Position numbers and translations under genes: made by a program. Shown here one piece after another: positions 9,182 through 18,775 of a DNA stretch of 64,000 nucleotides (positions are counted from its first letter, which is position 1; the number at the start of each line of letters is the position of its first letter). The DNA is from Pirellulales bacterium (GTDB lineage: Bacteria > Planctomycetota > Planctomycetia > Pirellulales > JAICIG01): contig JBBDYJ010000025.1 of the NCBI GenBank assembly GCA_040901675.1, positions 191,943 through 255,942 on the forward strand, read 5' to 3'. Below the pieces are notes generated by a model. The model saw nothing but the letters and a program-made list of their open reading frames with translations. It was not told the origin of the DNA and did not search any database.

Positions 9182-10285
9182 ATGGCAACGACGACGTTTC
9201 TCGAAGGCTCATTGACGCTGACCCTCAATGGGCGTCCGGCGGTTCGCTGTCCTCCGTATCTGCGTGAACGATATCAGAAACTCATTGACGAAAAACGGCT
9301 GAGCTGGACCGAGCACCACCGCCTGCTCAAGCTGCTCGGCTCGGGGGGGCAGGGGGTCGTCTACCTGAGCGAACGCCGCGGCACCGACAACTTCACGCTG
9401 CCCGTCGCCCTGAAGATCTTTTCTCCCGACCACTACGAAGACGCCCGCAGCTACGACGAGGCGATGGGCCGCATCGCCCACGTGGCCGCCCGCGTGGCCC
9501 AGATCCAGCAGGACAACCTGCTCGACGTGCACAACTTCGTGGACCGCAATCGCATCCGCGTGATGGAGATGGAATGGGTCGACGGCTACGACCTGCACCG
9601 CCTGCTCACGCCGGCCATGCTCGACCAGGTCAAAAACCGGGTCAGCGGCAAGCGCTGGGATTATTTGAATAACGTGATCGTCACCGCCGGGCCCCTGCAG
9701 CCGCGGTTGAAACCGGGCATCGCCATCGCGGTTTTGCGCGAATGCCTGGCGGCCCTGGCCGCCCTGCACCGCGAGGGCATCGTGCACGGCGACCTCAAGC
9801 CGTCGAACATCATGCTCAAGCGGACCGGCAACGCGAAGATCATCGACATCGGCTCGGCCTTCGAGATCGACGCGGCGCCGACCCGCCGCACCTGCACGCC
9901 CAACTACACCGCCCCCGAGGTGCTGGATGGCGCGTGCGCATCGGTCCGCTCGGACCTGTGCAGCCTGGGCTACGTGTTGATCGAGATGCTGTCCGGCGCG
10001 CCCCCCTTTTTGGGCCAGACCAACTACCGGGAGCTGATGGAAGCCAAGCGGATGCTGGTGCAAAAGCTGCCCGAGCGGCTGCCCAAGGATATCGTTTGCA
10101 GCGAGTTGCTGATGAACCTGATCAAGAGTCTGATCGCCCCCGACCCGATGTGCCGCTTCCCCAGCGCCGAGGCGGCCGACATGGTCAAGGACGGCGCCGC
10201 CAGCTTCCATCGCCTCCTGGTCAAGGGCGACCTGGCCAGCGAGTACGAGAACGAGATCCGCCTCTGGCTGGAAGAACTCGAGTGA
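9182..10285 (+). CDS. cytoplasmic Hanks-type Ser/Thr protein kinase
   Basis: LGSGGQGVVY, VALK, HGDLKPSN, DIG, YTAPE; no transmembrane segment. Confidence 0.9.
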   Translation: MATTTFLEGSLTLTLNGRPAVRCPPYLRERYQKLIDEKRLSWTEHHRLLKLLGSGGQGVVYLSERRGTDNFTLPVALKIFSPDHYEDARSYDEAMGRIAHVAARVAQIQQDNLLDVHNFVDRNRIRVMEMEWVDGYDLHRLLTPAMLDQVKNRVSGKRWDYLNNVIVTAGPLQPRLKPGIAIAVLRECLAALAALHREGIVHGDLKPSNIMLKRTGNAKIIDIGSAFEIDAAPTRRTCTPNYTAPEVLDGACASVRSDLCSLGYVLIEMLSGAPPFLGQTNYRELMEAKRMLVQKLPERLPKDIVCSELLMNLIKSLIAPDPMCRFPSAEAADMVKDGAASFHRLLVKGDLASEYENEIRLWLEELE

Positions 10286-10286
10286 A

Positions 10287-11315
10287 TCATACGTCCAGCA
10301 TCACGCGCTGGCCCACCGCGTGACTCTGCCGCGATTTCCGCACGATCACCAACGCCCGGTACGCATCCTCCAGTCCCGCCGTGTTGCGCACCAGGCTGGT
10401 CACCGATCGGTGGAACTGCGCCAACAGTTGTTCGCCCACCGGCCGCTCGCTGTCCAGCGACTCCTGGTGCCGCCCCGCCTTGTCGAACCAGACCAGCGTG
10501 GTCGGCAGGTCCACAAAGGCAATCCCCTGCTCGCAGGCCACCTGCAGCGCCGCCGGCGGCCTGTAGGCCACCGCCTCCTGCCACGCCGCCGGCATGTAGC
10601 GCCCGCAACTGATCTGCGCCGTGGGGCCCGTGCCCGCCGGTCCGCCCCGCGAAAAGTCGAGGCTCATCATCTGGTAGTCGTCCTCGAGCGGCTTTACGGC
10701 GGCATCGACCAGCCCGCTGTGCTGCAGGCCGATCACCGAGGTGGGGTTGTGTCCCACCACGTACGTGCACCAGTCCACCAGCTCGATCAAGTCGCTGGTC
10801 GGTGAACTGGGAATACCAAGACGCGCGCTGGCACCGGGCGGATCCTCGGCCGGACGGCGCATGTGGCAAAACAACAGCCGCGGCGGCCCCAGCCGCGTGG
10901 CAATCAGCTCCTTGAGGCGTAAAGTCGCCGGCGACTGCCGGCGGGCGAACTCGCTCATGAAAGCGATGCCCGCCTGCTCCACCCGTTCCTTGACCCGCCG
11001 CGCCTGGTCCAGGTCGATTTCCAGCGTCGTCGCGCAGTAGACCGCCTTGCCCGCGTCGCAAGCCGCCAAGATCGGCAGGCAGCCGTACCACTGCGGGGCC
11101 AACATCAGCACGGCGTCCACGTCCGAACGTTCGGCCAGGGCACGGAACCCGTCCACCGCCTGGGCGCCAAAATCGCGGGCCGCCTGCTGCGCACGCAGCG
11201 AAATCTGCTCGCACACCGCACGCACCTCGAAGCGGTCGCCCAACGCGCGCAGCGCCGGCCGGTGGCGCACTTCCCAGGCATGGCCGAGGCCGACTAGGCC
11301 GACGCGAAGCTTCAT
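10287..11315 (-). CDS. Gfo/Idh/MocA-fold protein with atypical motifs
   Basis: MKLRVGLVGLG Rossmann start, DVDAV, AGKAVYC; EKP motif absent. Confidence 0.8.
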   Translation of the reverse strand: MKLRVGLVGLGHAWEVRHRPALRALGDRFEVRAVCEQISLRAQQAARDFGAQAVDGFRALAERSDVDAVLMLAPQWYGCLPILAACDAGKAVYCATTLEIDLDQARRVKERVEQAGIAFMSEFARRQSPATLRLKELIATRLGPPRLLFCHMRRPAEDPPGASARLGIPSSPTSDLIELVDWCTYVVGHNPTSVIGLQHSGLVDAAVKPLEDDYQMMSLDFSRGGPAGTGPTAQISCGRYMPAAWQEAVAYRPPAALQVACEQGIAFVDLPTTLVWFDKAGRHQESLDSERPVGEQLLAQFHRSVTSLVRNTAGLEDAYRALVIVRKSRQSHAVGQRVMLDV

Positions 11316-11816
11316 AGGCGTGACTGTGGCCCAAAACCCAGGCGAGTTCGGCAATTGCGCGTGCGGCCTGCTGGAACCGCCCCTGGCGCGAATCCCCAGA
11401 CGGCGACCCACGAGTATACCCCTTAACGACGCCAAACCAAACGGTTGCGGACCGCGGGGCGCGGCACAACCGCAACGCGACCGGCCGCTCATGCGGCCCT
11501 CAGGATCCGCACAGGATGCCGTCCGCACCCCCCCGAAAGCTGCCCCATTCGTCCTTGACGATCCCCCGGGGTAAGCAACGTTATAACTAGGTGGATCCCG
11601 ATAAATTCAATCGGCCACATCTCATCCACCCCCGCTGTTGAGCGGCAACCCGGACCAAGACGCTCCACTTGCCTATGCCCACCGGGCACCGGCCGGCAAA
11701 CTTTGCGCAAACATCCTTTTCCTATTCAAATTACCCAGTTAGACTAGCAGCCCAGGACAGTGGGGCATTTGGACAGTGTGGACGATTCCCGCTTTCGATT
11801 GAAGGAGCCCGCGATC

Positions 11817-12245
11817 ATGACGAACATCACATTTGCACTCATGCTATTGGCCGCGCTGGCGGCCGCCCCCGCCGATGAAGCACCGAGACACCAGACCTAC
11901 GCGCAGGCCCACAGGCTGACGGCCCAGACCGGTCGCCCGCTCGTGGTCCTGGTCGGCGCCGACTGGTGTTCCGCCTGCCGGCAAATGAAACAGGGCGCGC
12001 TGCCCCAAGTGGCTCAACGAGGCCTGCTCAACAAGGTCTCGTTTGCCGTCGTCAACACCGACCACGAAGGGCCGCTGGCCAAAAAGCTGATGAGGGAGAC
12101 CTCTATCCCGCAGCTCATCATGTATCGTAAGACATCGGACGGTTGGCGGCGGCATTCGATGGTCGGAGCCCGCACGCCTGCCGAGATCGAGTCGTTCATC
12201 GGCCAAGGCCTGGCGCCCTCCGCCGCCGAGGTCTCGGCCAAATAG
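11817..12245 (+). CDS. exported thioredoxin-family protein
   Basis: signal peptide; GADWCSAC; cis-Pro SIP; AAGGAG RBS. Confidence 0.85.
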   Translation: MTNITFALMLLAALAAAPADEAPRHQTYAQAHRLTAQTGRPLVVLVGADWCSACRQMKQGALPQVAQRGLLNKVSFAVVNTDHEGPLAKKLMRETSIPQLIMYRKTSDGWRRHSMVGARTPAEIESFIGQGLAPSAAEVSAK

Positions 12246-12280
12246 CCGGCCGGGAAATAGCCGACCGGGCCGGGATCCGC

Positions 12281-12958
12281 GTGCGCGTTTCGATTATCAT
12301 CCCGGCACTGAACGAAGAGCCCAACATCCGCCAGGCGGCAGAGCGGGCATGGCAAACCGGTGCCGGCGAGGTCATCGTCGTCGACGGCGGCAGTCACGAC
12401 GCGACCGCCGAAGCCGCCCGCGAGGCGGGTTGCCGCGTGCTTGCCGGCCGCCGCGGCAGGGGGGCACAGCAGAACCTGGGAGCGCGGGCGGCCGCCGGAG
12501 ACGTGCTGCTCTTCTTGCACGCCGATTGCTGGCTGGCGCCCCACGGGCTGGCGCAGATCGCCCGCGCCCTGGACGACCGCCGGCAGGCAGCCGGCGCCTT
12601 CGAGCAGCGGATCGAGGCCGACGGTCTGCTGTTCCGCCTGCTGGAGCGAGGGAACGCCTGGCGCGTGCGGCGCCGCGGCCTGGCCTATGGCGACCAGGGG
12701 ATTTTTGTCCGCCGCGAGTTGTTCGACCAGCTCAACGGTTTCCCCGAGGTCGCCTTGATGGAGGACCTCTTATTCATGAAGCGCTTGCGGCGCGTGGTCT
12801 GGCCGTTGCTGCTGGCCGGGCCTCTCCACGTCAGCGCCCGCCGCTGGCAGCGGCACGGAGTGATTCGTCAAACCCTCCGCAACAGCCTGCTGTTGGCCGC
12901 CGCCCGGCTCGGCGTGCCTCCCGACCGCCTGGCGCGTTACTACGCCCCCGATCGCTGA
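12281..12958 (+). CDS. GT2 glycosyltransferase (TIGR04283-like)
   Basis: VSIIIPALNEE, VVDGGSHD, LFLHAD, YGDQGIF, MED, SARRW. Confidence 0.85.
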   Translation: MRVSIIIPALNEEPNIRQAAERAWQTGAGEVIVVDGGSHDATAEAAREAGCRVLAGRRGRGAQQNLGARAAAGDVLLFLHADCWLAPHGLAQIARALDDRRQAAGAFEQRIEADGLLFRLLERGNAWRVRRRGLAYGDQGIFVRRELFDQLNGFPEVALMEDLLFMKRLRRVVWPLLLAGPLHVSARRWQRHGVIRQTLRNSLLLAAARLGVPPDRLARYYAPDR

Positions 12959-12974
12959 GTCAGACATCGCTGAG

Positions 12975-13550
12975 TCAAACTTTGTGCGGCCGATCGGCAG
13001 CGGCTGCTTCGTGCCAGGCGCCGGCCGCAACTTCCACGAAGCTGCTGGCCAGAAAGCCAAACAAGCCGCCGACGACCGCCGACGAAACTCCGCCAATGGC
13101 CACGCCCGCGATCCCCGCACGCTGAAGTGCGGAGGCAACCAGCAGCAGCGTACCCAGAGATCCGCCCACCAGGGCCGCGGCGACGGTGGCCGCCACCATC
13201 GATCGTCCCGGCCGCTTGTTCTCTCGCAAATGGATTACCGATTGGACCAACGCCCGCTCGGTTGCCACGCAGCCCGGCCCGCCGCGCGCGAGGCCAGGCC
13301 GATCGGCGCGATCGGATGGTCTGCGCCGGGCGGCCTTGGTGCCCCAGGCGTTGGCGGCCACGTGGGCGAAGCCCAACAGCGCGAACCAGGCCAGCACCAC
13401 CGACCAGGGAAATCCCACCACGTCCATCAGCGCGAACAGGCCGCACAAGCCCGCCACGCTGGCAAACAGGGCCCGCAAGCCGAATTGAAACGGCACCCGG
13501 TGCCCATCGGTCTCGTGGGTATCGGCAGGTTCTGCAGACTCTGGCTTCAT
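12975..13550 (-). CDS. hypothetical membrane protein
   Basis: about four hydrophobic segments; FQFGLRALF motif of the kind common in planctomycete membrane proteins. Confidence 0.7.
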   Translation of the reverse strand: MKPESAEPADTHETDGHRVPFQFGLRALFASVAGLCGLFALMDVVGFPWSVVLAWFALLGFAHVAANAWGTKAARRRPSDRADRPGLARGGPGCVATERALVQSVIHLRENKRPGRSMVAATVAAALVGGSLGTLLLVASALQRAGIAGVAIGGVSSAVVGGLFGFLASSFVEVAAGAWHEAAAADRPHKV

Positions 13551-13660
13551 AACAAACCGGCGTGCCAAAAAGCCACTCTTGTCAATGGAGAGTCATGGCT
13601 TCAGCCTGCAGTATACATGCCGGAGCACGGACCTTCGATTCTCGATGCTCATTTTGTCCT

Positions 13661-13684
13661 TTCTGCCTTCTGCCTTCTGCCTTC
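13661..13684 (+). repeat. heptamer microsatellite (TTCTGCC)n
   Basis: ttctgccttctgccttctgccttc; same unit at about 52371 and reverse copies near 4916, 60727 and 63769. Confidence 0.8.
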
Positions 13685-13782
13685 CACCCGTTGCCCGCCG
13701 TGCGGCGCTGGGTTAGATTCGTAGCCGACCTGTTCGCCAAGACCAATTCGCCAAGACCAACCAGATAACCAGGATTCGAGCC

Positions 13783-14727
13783 ATGAAAAGATCGTTGATG
13801 TTCCTCGCGGCGTGGCTGGTGTTCGCACCGGCTCTTGTCGCCCGCGCCGATGAAGCGGTCTTCACCCGCGCCGGCGACGTGGTGTACGGCCGGAAATTCG
13901 GCATGGCCTTGACCATGGATGTCTTCACACCCGCCAAGGACGCCAATGGCGCCGGCGTGGTGTTCGTGGTCAGCGGTGGGTGGTTCTCGGCCCATGAAGC
14001 GATCCGTGCCCCGTTCTTCGAGGAGTTGCTCGGCCGCGGCTATACCGTGTTCGCCGTGGTGCACGGCAGCCAGCCCCGCTTCACGATCCCCGAGTGCATC
14101 GCCGACCTGAACCGCTCGGTCCGCTACATCCGCCACCACGCGGCCGACTACAAGATTGATCCGGAGCGGATCGGCATCACCGGCCTGTCGGCTGGCGGCC
14201 ATCTTTCGTTGATGCAGGGGACCGCCGGCGACCTGGGCAAGCTCGACGCAATGGACCCGGTCGAGCGGATCTCCAGCCGTGTCCAGGCGGTCGCCTGTTT
14301 TTTTCCGCCCACCGATTTTCTCAACTATGGCGAGCCGGGTAATGTGGCGCTGGGCCGCGGCACGTTGAAGGACTTTCGCGCGCCGTTCGACTTCGTCGAG
14401 TTCAAGCCCGAGACTAAGGCCTTCGAGCGCATCGACGACGAAGCCAGGCAGCTCGATATCGGCCGGCAGATCTCGCCGCTCACGCACGTGTCCAGCGATG
14501 ATCCGCCCACGCTGATCATCCATGGCGACGCCGACAAGCTGGTTCCAATCCAGCAGGCCGAAGTCATCGTGGCCAGCTTCAAGGAGGCGGGCGTGACGGC
14601 CGAGCTGGTCACCAAGCCAGGGCAGCAGCACGGCTGGCCCAACCTGCTCGACGACATGAGCGCCGTGGCCGACTGGTTCGACCAGCACCTGTCGCGAGTC
14701 GAGACGACCCCAGCCGCCAAGCCTTGA
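13783..14727 (+). CDS. secreted alpha/beta hydrolase (esterase)
   Basis: signal peptide, SGGW, nucleophile GLSAGG, IIHGDADKLVP, HGW. Confidence 0.9.
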   Translation: MKRSLMFLAAWLVFAPALVARADEAVFTRAGDVVYGRKFGMALTMDVFTPAKDANGAGVVFVVSGGWFSAHEAIRAPFFEELLGRGYTVFAVVHGSQPRFTIPECIADLNRSVRYIRHHAADYKIDPERIGITGLSAGGHLSLMQGTAGDLGKLDAMDPVERISSRVQAVACFFPPTDFLNYGEPGNVALGRGTLKDFRAPFDFVEFKPETKAFERIDDEARQLDIGRQISPLTHVSSDDPPTLIIHGDADKLVPIQQAEVIVASFKEAGVTAELVTKPGQQHGWPNLLDDMSAVADWFDQHLSRVETTPAAKP

Positions 14728-14851
14728 CGCCGTGGCGCATCGACGCTGGGCCGAATTCGCTTTACACCGGATCGGGCTTTCGGCTATGCTCGTTTTGGCC
14801 GAGGGGGCCAAGGGATTGGTCGTGGATTTGATGGCTTGGAGACCACGGGTC

Positions 14852-15181
14852 ATGGACGTTGATTTGCAAGAGGCTATGGCAGCCGGCGTGTTCGTTGAGT
14901 TTTGCGATCGTCGCGGCAACACGGTCGGGCAGGCGGTCTTTACCGACTGGAGGGGCAAAGCGCTTCCGGCGGTGGGCGACGTCCTCTCCTGCCCGGTGCT
15001 CTCGCCGGCCTCCGGGCGGCGGAAAAAAATGCTGGGTCGCGTGCTCTCGCGGCACTTCGAGGTGCAGCATGACGCCGACGGCGAGTCGCCCGTTTGGGTC
15101 CGCTTGTTGGTGGCCGCCCTCGACCCGCTGGCAGCCCGGCGGCGGCTGGCCGCCGCTGGCCTGCAGGCGTCGGCGAACTAG
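14852..15181 (+). CDS. hypothetical protein
   Basis: GGAG upstream of the ATG; globular-looking composition; fills the gap between hydrolase and bioB. Confidence 0.55.
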   Translation: MDVDLQEAMAAGVFVEFCDRRGNTVGQAVFTDWRGKALPAVGDVLSCPVLSPASGRRKKMLGRVLSRHFEVQHDADGESPVWVRLLVAALDPLAARRRLAAAGLQASAN

Positions 15182-16230
15182 CCGGTCGGGCGATTGGCTG
15201 CCGGCACCGCCGGCGAACCCGGCAGTTTGGGTTCGCGGGTGACCACGAAGCCGAGCTCCTCGACCATGCGGAAGTCGTCCTGCGGCGGCTGCCCCTTGGT
15301 GGTCAGGTAGTCGCCCACGAACACCGAGTTGGCCGGGTAGAGAGCCATGGCCTGCATGCTGCCCAGGTGCATCTCGCGCCCTCCGGCGACGCGGATCTCA
15401 CTGGCCGGATTGACCAGCCGGAACATCGACAGCACTTTCAAGGCGTACCGCGGATTCAGTTTCCGCACTCCCGCCAGCGGAGTCCCCTCGATCGGGTTCA
15501 GGAAGTTCACCGGGATCGACTCGACCTTCAGCTCGGCGAGCGTGATGGCCATCTCGACGACGTCCCGGTTCGATTCGCCCATGCCCACGATCCCCCCCGA
15601 GCAAAGCTGCATGCCCGCCTCGCGCACCGCCCGCAGCGTGTTCAGGCGGTCCTCGAACGTGTGCGTGCTGCAGATCTCCGGATAGAATGCCCGGCTCGTA
15701 TTCAGGTTGTGGTTCACCTTGTCGACGCCGCACTCCTTCAGCCGCCGCGCCTGCTCGGCGTTCAGGAGGCCCAGGCAAGCGCAGACGTTCAGACCGAACC
15801 GCTGCTTGATCTCCGGAACGATCCGCGTCACCGCCTCCAGCTCCCGCCCCGTCGGCGAGCGCCCCGAGATCACCAGGCAGTATGTCTTGGCCTCCAGCTC
15901 GGCGGCCCTCCCCGCGGCCTCCAGCAGTTTCTCGCGGTTGAGGAAGTTGTACCGCGGGATCTCGGCCTCCGAGACCTTCGACTGCGAGCAATAGCCGCAG
16001 TCCTCGGCGCACAAGCCGCTCTTGGCGTTGGTGAGATAATAGAACTGCACCGTGTCGCCGAAATAATGGTGCCTGACGCGGTAGGCGGCCGCCAACACGG
16101 CCAGCAGCTCCAGGTCGGACGACTCCAGGACCGCCTGCGCTTCATCCGCGGCCAGCCGCCGGCCTTCGAGCACTTTGTCGGCCAGAAGCTGCCAGCGATC
16201 CGCCTGGGAAGCTCGTAGAACGGAATTCAT
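15178..16230 (-). CDS. bioB: biotin synthase
   Basis: radical SAM CAEDCGYC, NHNLNT, CSGGIVGMGE, PVNFL, RVAGGRE, NSVFVGDYLTT. Confidence 0.95.
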   Translation of the reverse strand: MNSVLRASQADRWQLLADKVLEGRRLAADEAQAVLESSDLELLAVLAAAYRVRHHYFGDTVQFYYLTNAKSGLCAEDCGYCSQSKVSEAEIPRYNFLNREKLLEAAGRAAELEAKTYCLVISGRSPTGRELEAVTRIVPEIKQRFGLNVCACLGLLNAEQARRLKECGVDKVNHNLNTSRAFYPEICSTHTFEDRLNTLRAVREAGMQLCSGGIVGMGESNRDVVEMAITLAELKVESIPVNFLNPIEGTPLAGVRKLNPRYALKVLSMFRLVNPASEIRVAGGREMHLGSMQAMALYPANSVFVGDYLTTKGQPPQDDFRMVEELGFVVTREPKLPGSPAVPAANRPTG

Positions 16231-16307
16231 TCCGTTTTTCCCTTCCCCAGTCGTAGAACGGCATTCATTCCGTTTCCCCCTTTCCCCGGTCGTAGAACGG
16301 AGTTCAT
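16213..16307 (+). repeat. three tandem GTAG-REP-like units (38 and 39 bp period)
   Basis: TCGTAGAACGG(A/C)A(T/G)TCAT(TCCGTT) at 16213, 16251 and 16290; a related unit at about 24413. Confidence 0.85.
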
Positions 16308-16538
16308 GAGCGGAAATCTTTGCTCCACGTCGATCATGCGGACCATCGTATCGGCCGCCGGCGGCCTTCAGCAAGCTCAAACTCGCCTTGTCTGGCCCGT
16401 GCCGCGGGCCCGCAATCCACGCCAGGACGGCAAAACCCAACTTGGCAACGCTCCGGCCGCGAGGCAGAATACAGGAGGCCTATCACGGTCGCCCGCGGAC
16501 GGGCGAGGCAGCATGCCGGAGAAGTTCCCTTGGATCGC

Positions 16539-17108
16539 ATGTCGCGGTTGCACCTGGTGCGAGTCGGCGCGTTGGGCCACGTGGGCCGCTTTGCCGCCGT
16601 CGATGCGACCTCGTATCCGCGCGGCTCGCGGGTGGTCGTCCGCACGCCGCGAGGCCTGGAAGTGGGCGAGGTGCTCTCTCCGCCCGCCGGCCGGTCGCCC
16701 GCCGCCGAGCCGGACGGCTCGATCCTGCGGCCCATGACCGTGCAGGACCAGTTGCTCGAAGAACGGCTCGGCCGCCGCCGCCATGCCGCCTACCAGGCCT
16801 GTCAATCCCGCTTGAAGGAGTTGGGCCTCTCGACTTTGCTGATGGACGTCGAGCACCTCTTCGACGGGAAGACCGTCGTGTTCTACTTCCTTGGGGAGCA
16901 GCCCGCCGAGCTCGAGCCGCTGACCCGCGAGCTGGCCGAAGTCTACGATGCCCAGGTGCAGTTCCGTTCGTTCGCCGAGACGCTGACGAATGGTTGCGGC
17001 CCCGGCTGCGGCACGGCCGAGGCGGCCGGCCAGGGCTGCACGAGCTGCGCCACCGGATGCGCCGTCGCCGGAAGCTGCTCGACTCGCAAGGCAGAATCGA
17101 AGAATTGA
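16539..17108 (+). CDS. PSP1-domain (RicT/YaaT-like) protein with Cys-rich tail
   Basis: VVVRTPRGLEVGEV, DVEHLFDGKTVVFYFLG, GCGPGCG..GCTSCATGC. Confidence 0.8.
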   Translation: MSRLHLVRVGALGHVGRFAAVDATSYPRGSRVVVRTPRGLEVGEVLSPPAGRSPAAEPDGSILRPMTVQDQLLEERLGRRRHAAYQACQSRLKELGLSTLLMDVEHLFDGKTVVFYFLGEQPAELEPLTRELAEVYDAQVQFRSFAETLTNGCGPGCGTAEAAGQGCTSCATGCAVAGSCSTRKAESKN

Positions 17109-17243
17109 TTGTCGCTGGCGCGCGCTGTCTGAGAACCTCTCCCCAAGGCGCCAAGAAGGTGAGGTCGCGGCCGGGTCAAGCGGAATCTGAGCTGCGTCCC
17201 GGGTTGAGTCCCCTTGTGGGGCTTTTCCGCGGCCTCCCACGGC

Positions 17244-18749
17244 TCATTCCGCCGCCTGGTCCGACTTTCCGTAGTGGATGTAAAACTGGTTCTGAAAAAG
17301 TTCATCTGGATCGTACTTTCGCTTCATGTTGAAGAACTCGCGCGATTGTGGATAGGCCCGGCGAAACTGCTCCGTCGTCGCGTGCAGTCGATAGGGGAGA
17401 TAATATCGCCCCTCATGGTCGGCCGCGGCATTGATCAGTTCCCGGGTCAGGGCTTGCATGCGCGCCTCGCCGCCGGTGGTTTTTTCCTGCACAAACAGCA
17501 TCACAAAGGCGATCATCGGCTGATCCGCGTAGCGCAGGAAAGTGTCCGTGTCTTCGTCCACGTAGCGGACCGTCACGTTGAGGAGGGCCGTGTCGTGCCT
17601 TGGAATGATCCGCCGCAACGCCTCCACGAATTCGGCCACGCGACGGCGTGGCACAAAGTACTCGTGCAGAATGTCGGTCGAGTCGGCGGACCGGTTCTCG
17701 AACACCTCGACCCCTTCGTTCAAGAGCTGGTTGCGGGAGAACGCCGTCCCGGCCAACAAGGGCTGGACCTTGGTCTCCGTGCTCCATCGCAACTCCTTGC
17801 CGTACTCGCTGCTGGCCGAGCCTCGAAAGACCGCCCGCCTCAATCGGGACATTCCCGGCTCGGCAAGCGACGGGATCTCGCCGACGGGATCACGAAAGAA
17901 AGCGTTCACAATGACCTGTTGCAGGAACATATCGCGAGCGATGTTCATCCGGGCGTAAACCATCTGCAGGCCCGGCCGGTCCTTGATCTTGGCGTCAAAC
18001 GCGGCCAACGCCTCGTCGGCCGCCAGCACGTGCTGCTCCAGCCGGTAGCGCTCGTTGGACGTAACGCGCAGCTCCACGTCCAGGATAATCCCAAATAGCC
18101 CGTAGCCGCCCAACGCCAGCGAGAACAAATCGGGGTTCTCCGTGCGGCTGCAGCCGACGATCGTCCCGTCGGCCAGCATCAGTCGGAAAGATTCTACCGT
18201 CGAAGCGATCGGCGCTCGATCGTATTGCCAACCGTGGCAGTTCACGCTGATCGAGCCGCCTACCGAAAACGAGTTGTTCGACTGCATCACCTCCACGGAG
18301 CGGCCGCGTTGGTCCAGGTAAGCAATCACGTCCTTCCAGACCGCTCCTGCTTGCACCTTCAAGATGTTGCGGTTCTCGTCCAGCTCCATCCCGTTCCACG
18401 GCAACATGTTGATCGAAATGCCGCCGGGATAAATGGTGTGGCCCCCCATGCTGTGCCGGGCCCCCGCGATCGAAACGCGCCGTCCCTCGGCCTTGGCTCT
18501 GGCCAGCAACTGCGCAATCTGGCCCTCCGGATCATCCGCATCGACCGGCACCTGCCACACCTCGGCAACCTGGGTCGCGTTCAACCGGCTCGCGTCGTCG
18601 ACGTAACCCGGCGACAGATCCGTCAGCTCACTTGCATCGTCCAGCGCCGAATAGATAAGGTGCACGACCGGTCTGCTCAGGACAACCGCCAACGCCAGCC
18701 CAAGCCCAAGCACGACCAGGCCGCCAAGCTTGCGCCGCTTCTTCATCAT
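17244..18749 (-). CDS. FAD-binding oxidoreductase (VAO/PCMH family)
   Basis: GARHSMGG, SVGGSISVNCHG, GGYGLFGII, KYDPDELFQN; N-terminal membrane anchor. Confidence 0.9.
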   Translation of the reverse strand: MMKKRRKLGGLVVLGLGLALAVVLSRPVVHLIYSALDDASELTDLSPGYVDDASRLNATQVAEVWQVPVDADDPEGQIAQLLARAKAEGRRVSIAGARHSMGGHTIYPGGISINMLPWNGMELDENRNILKVQAGAVWKDVIAYLDQRGRSVEVMQSNNSFSVGGSISVNCHGWQYDRAPIASTVESFRLMLADGTIVGCSRTENPDLFSLALGGYGLFGIILDVELRVTSNERYRLEQHVLAADEALAAFDAKIKDRPGLQMVYARMNIARDMFLQQVIVNAFFRDPVGEIPSLAEPGMSRLRRAVFRGSASSEYGKELRWSTETKVQPLLAGTAFSRNQLLNEGVEVFENRSADSTDILHEYFVPRRRVAEFVEALRRIIPRHDTALLNVTVRYVDEDTDTFLRYADQPMIAFVMLFVQEKTTGGEARMQALTRELINAAADHEGRYYLPYRLHATTEQFRRAYPQSREFFNMKRKYDPDELFQNQFYIHYGKSDQAAE

Positions 18750-18775
18750 GGTCTCGAACGTTTTCCGGACTGCGT

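Noticed and set aside
11572..11604. Further sigma-28-like promoter (GCAAC-N17-CCCGATAA) before the thioredoxin
   Set aside because: Spacing is one base off and both boxes are weaker than in the four accepted sites; possible but unsupported
12281..12958. Arsenosugar biosynthesis cluster
   Set aside because: Only the GT2 gene is present; no ars methyltransferase or partner genes in the window
16213..16307. CRISPR array
   Set aside because: Only three units, the short intervening segments resemble each other, and there are no cas genes; fits a REP tandem
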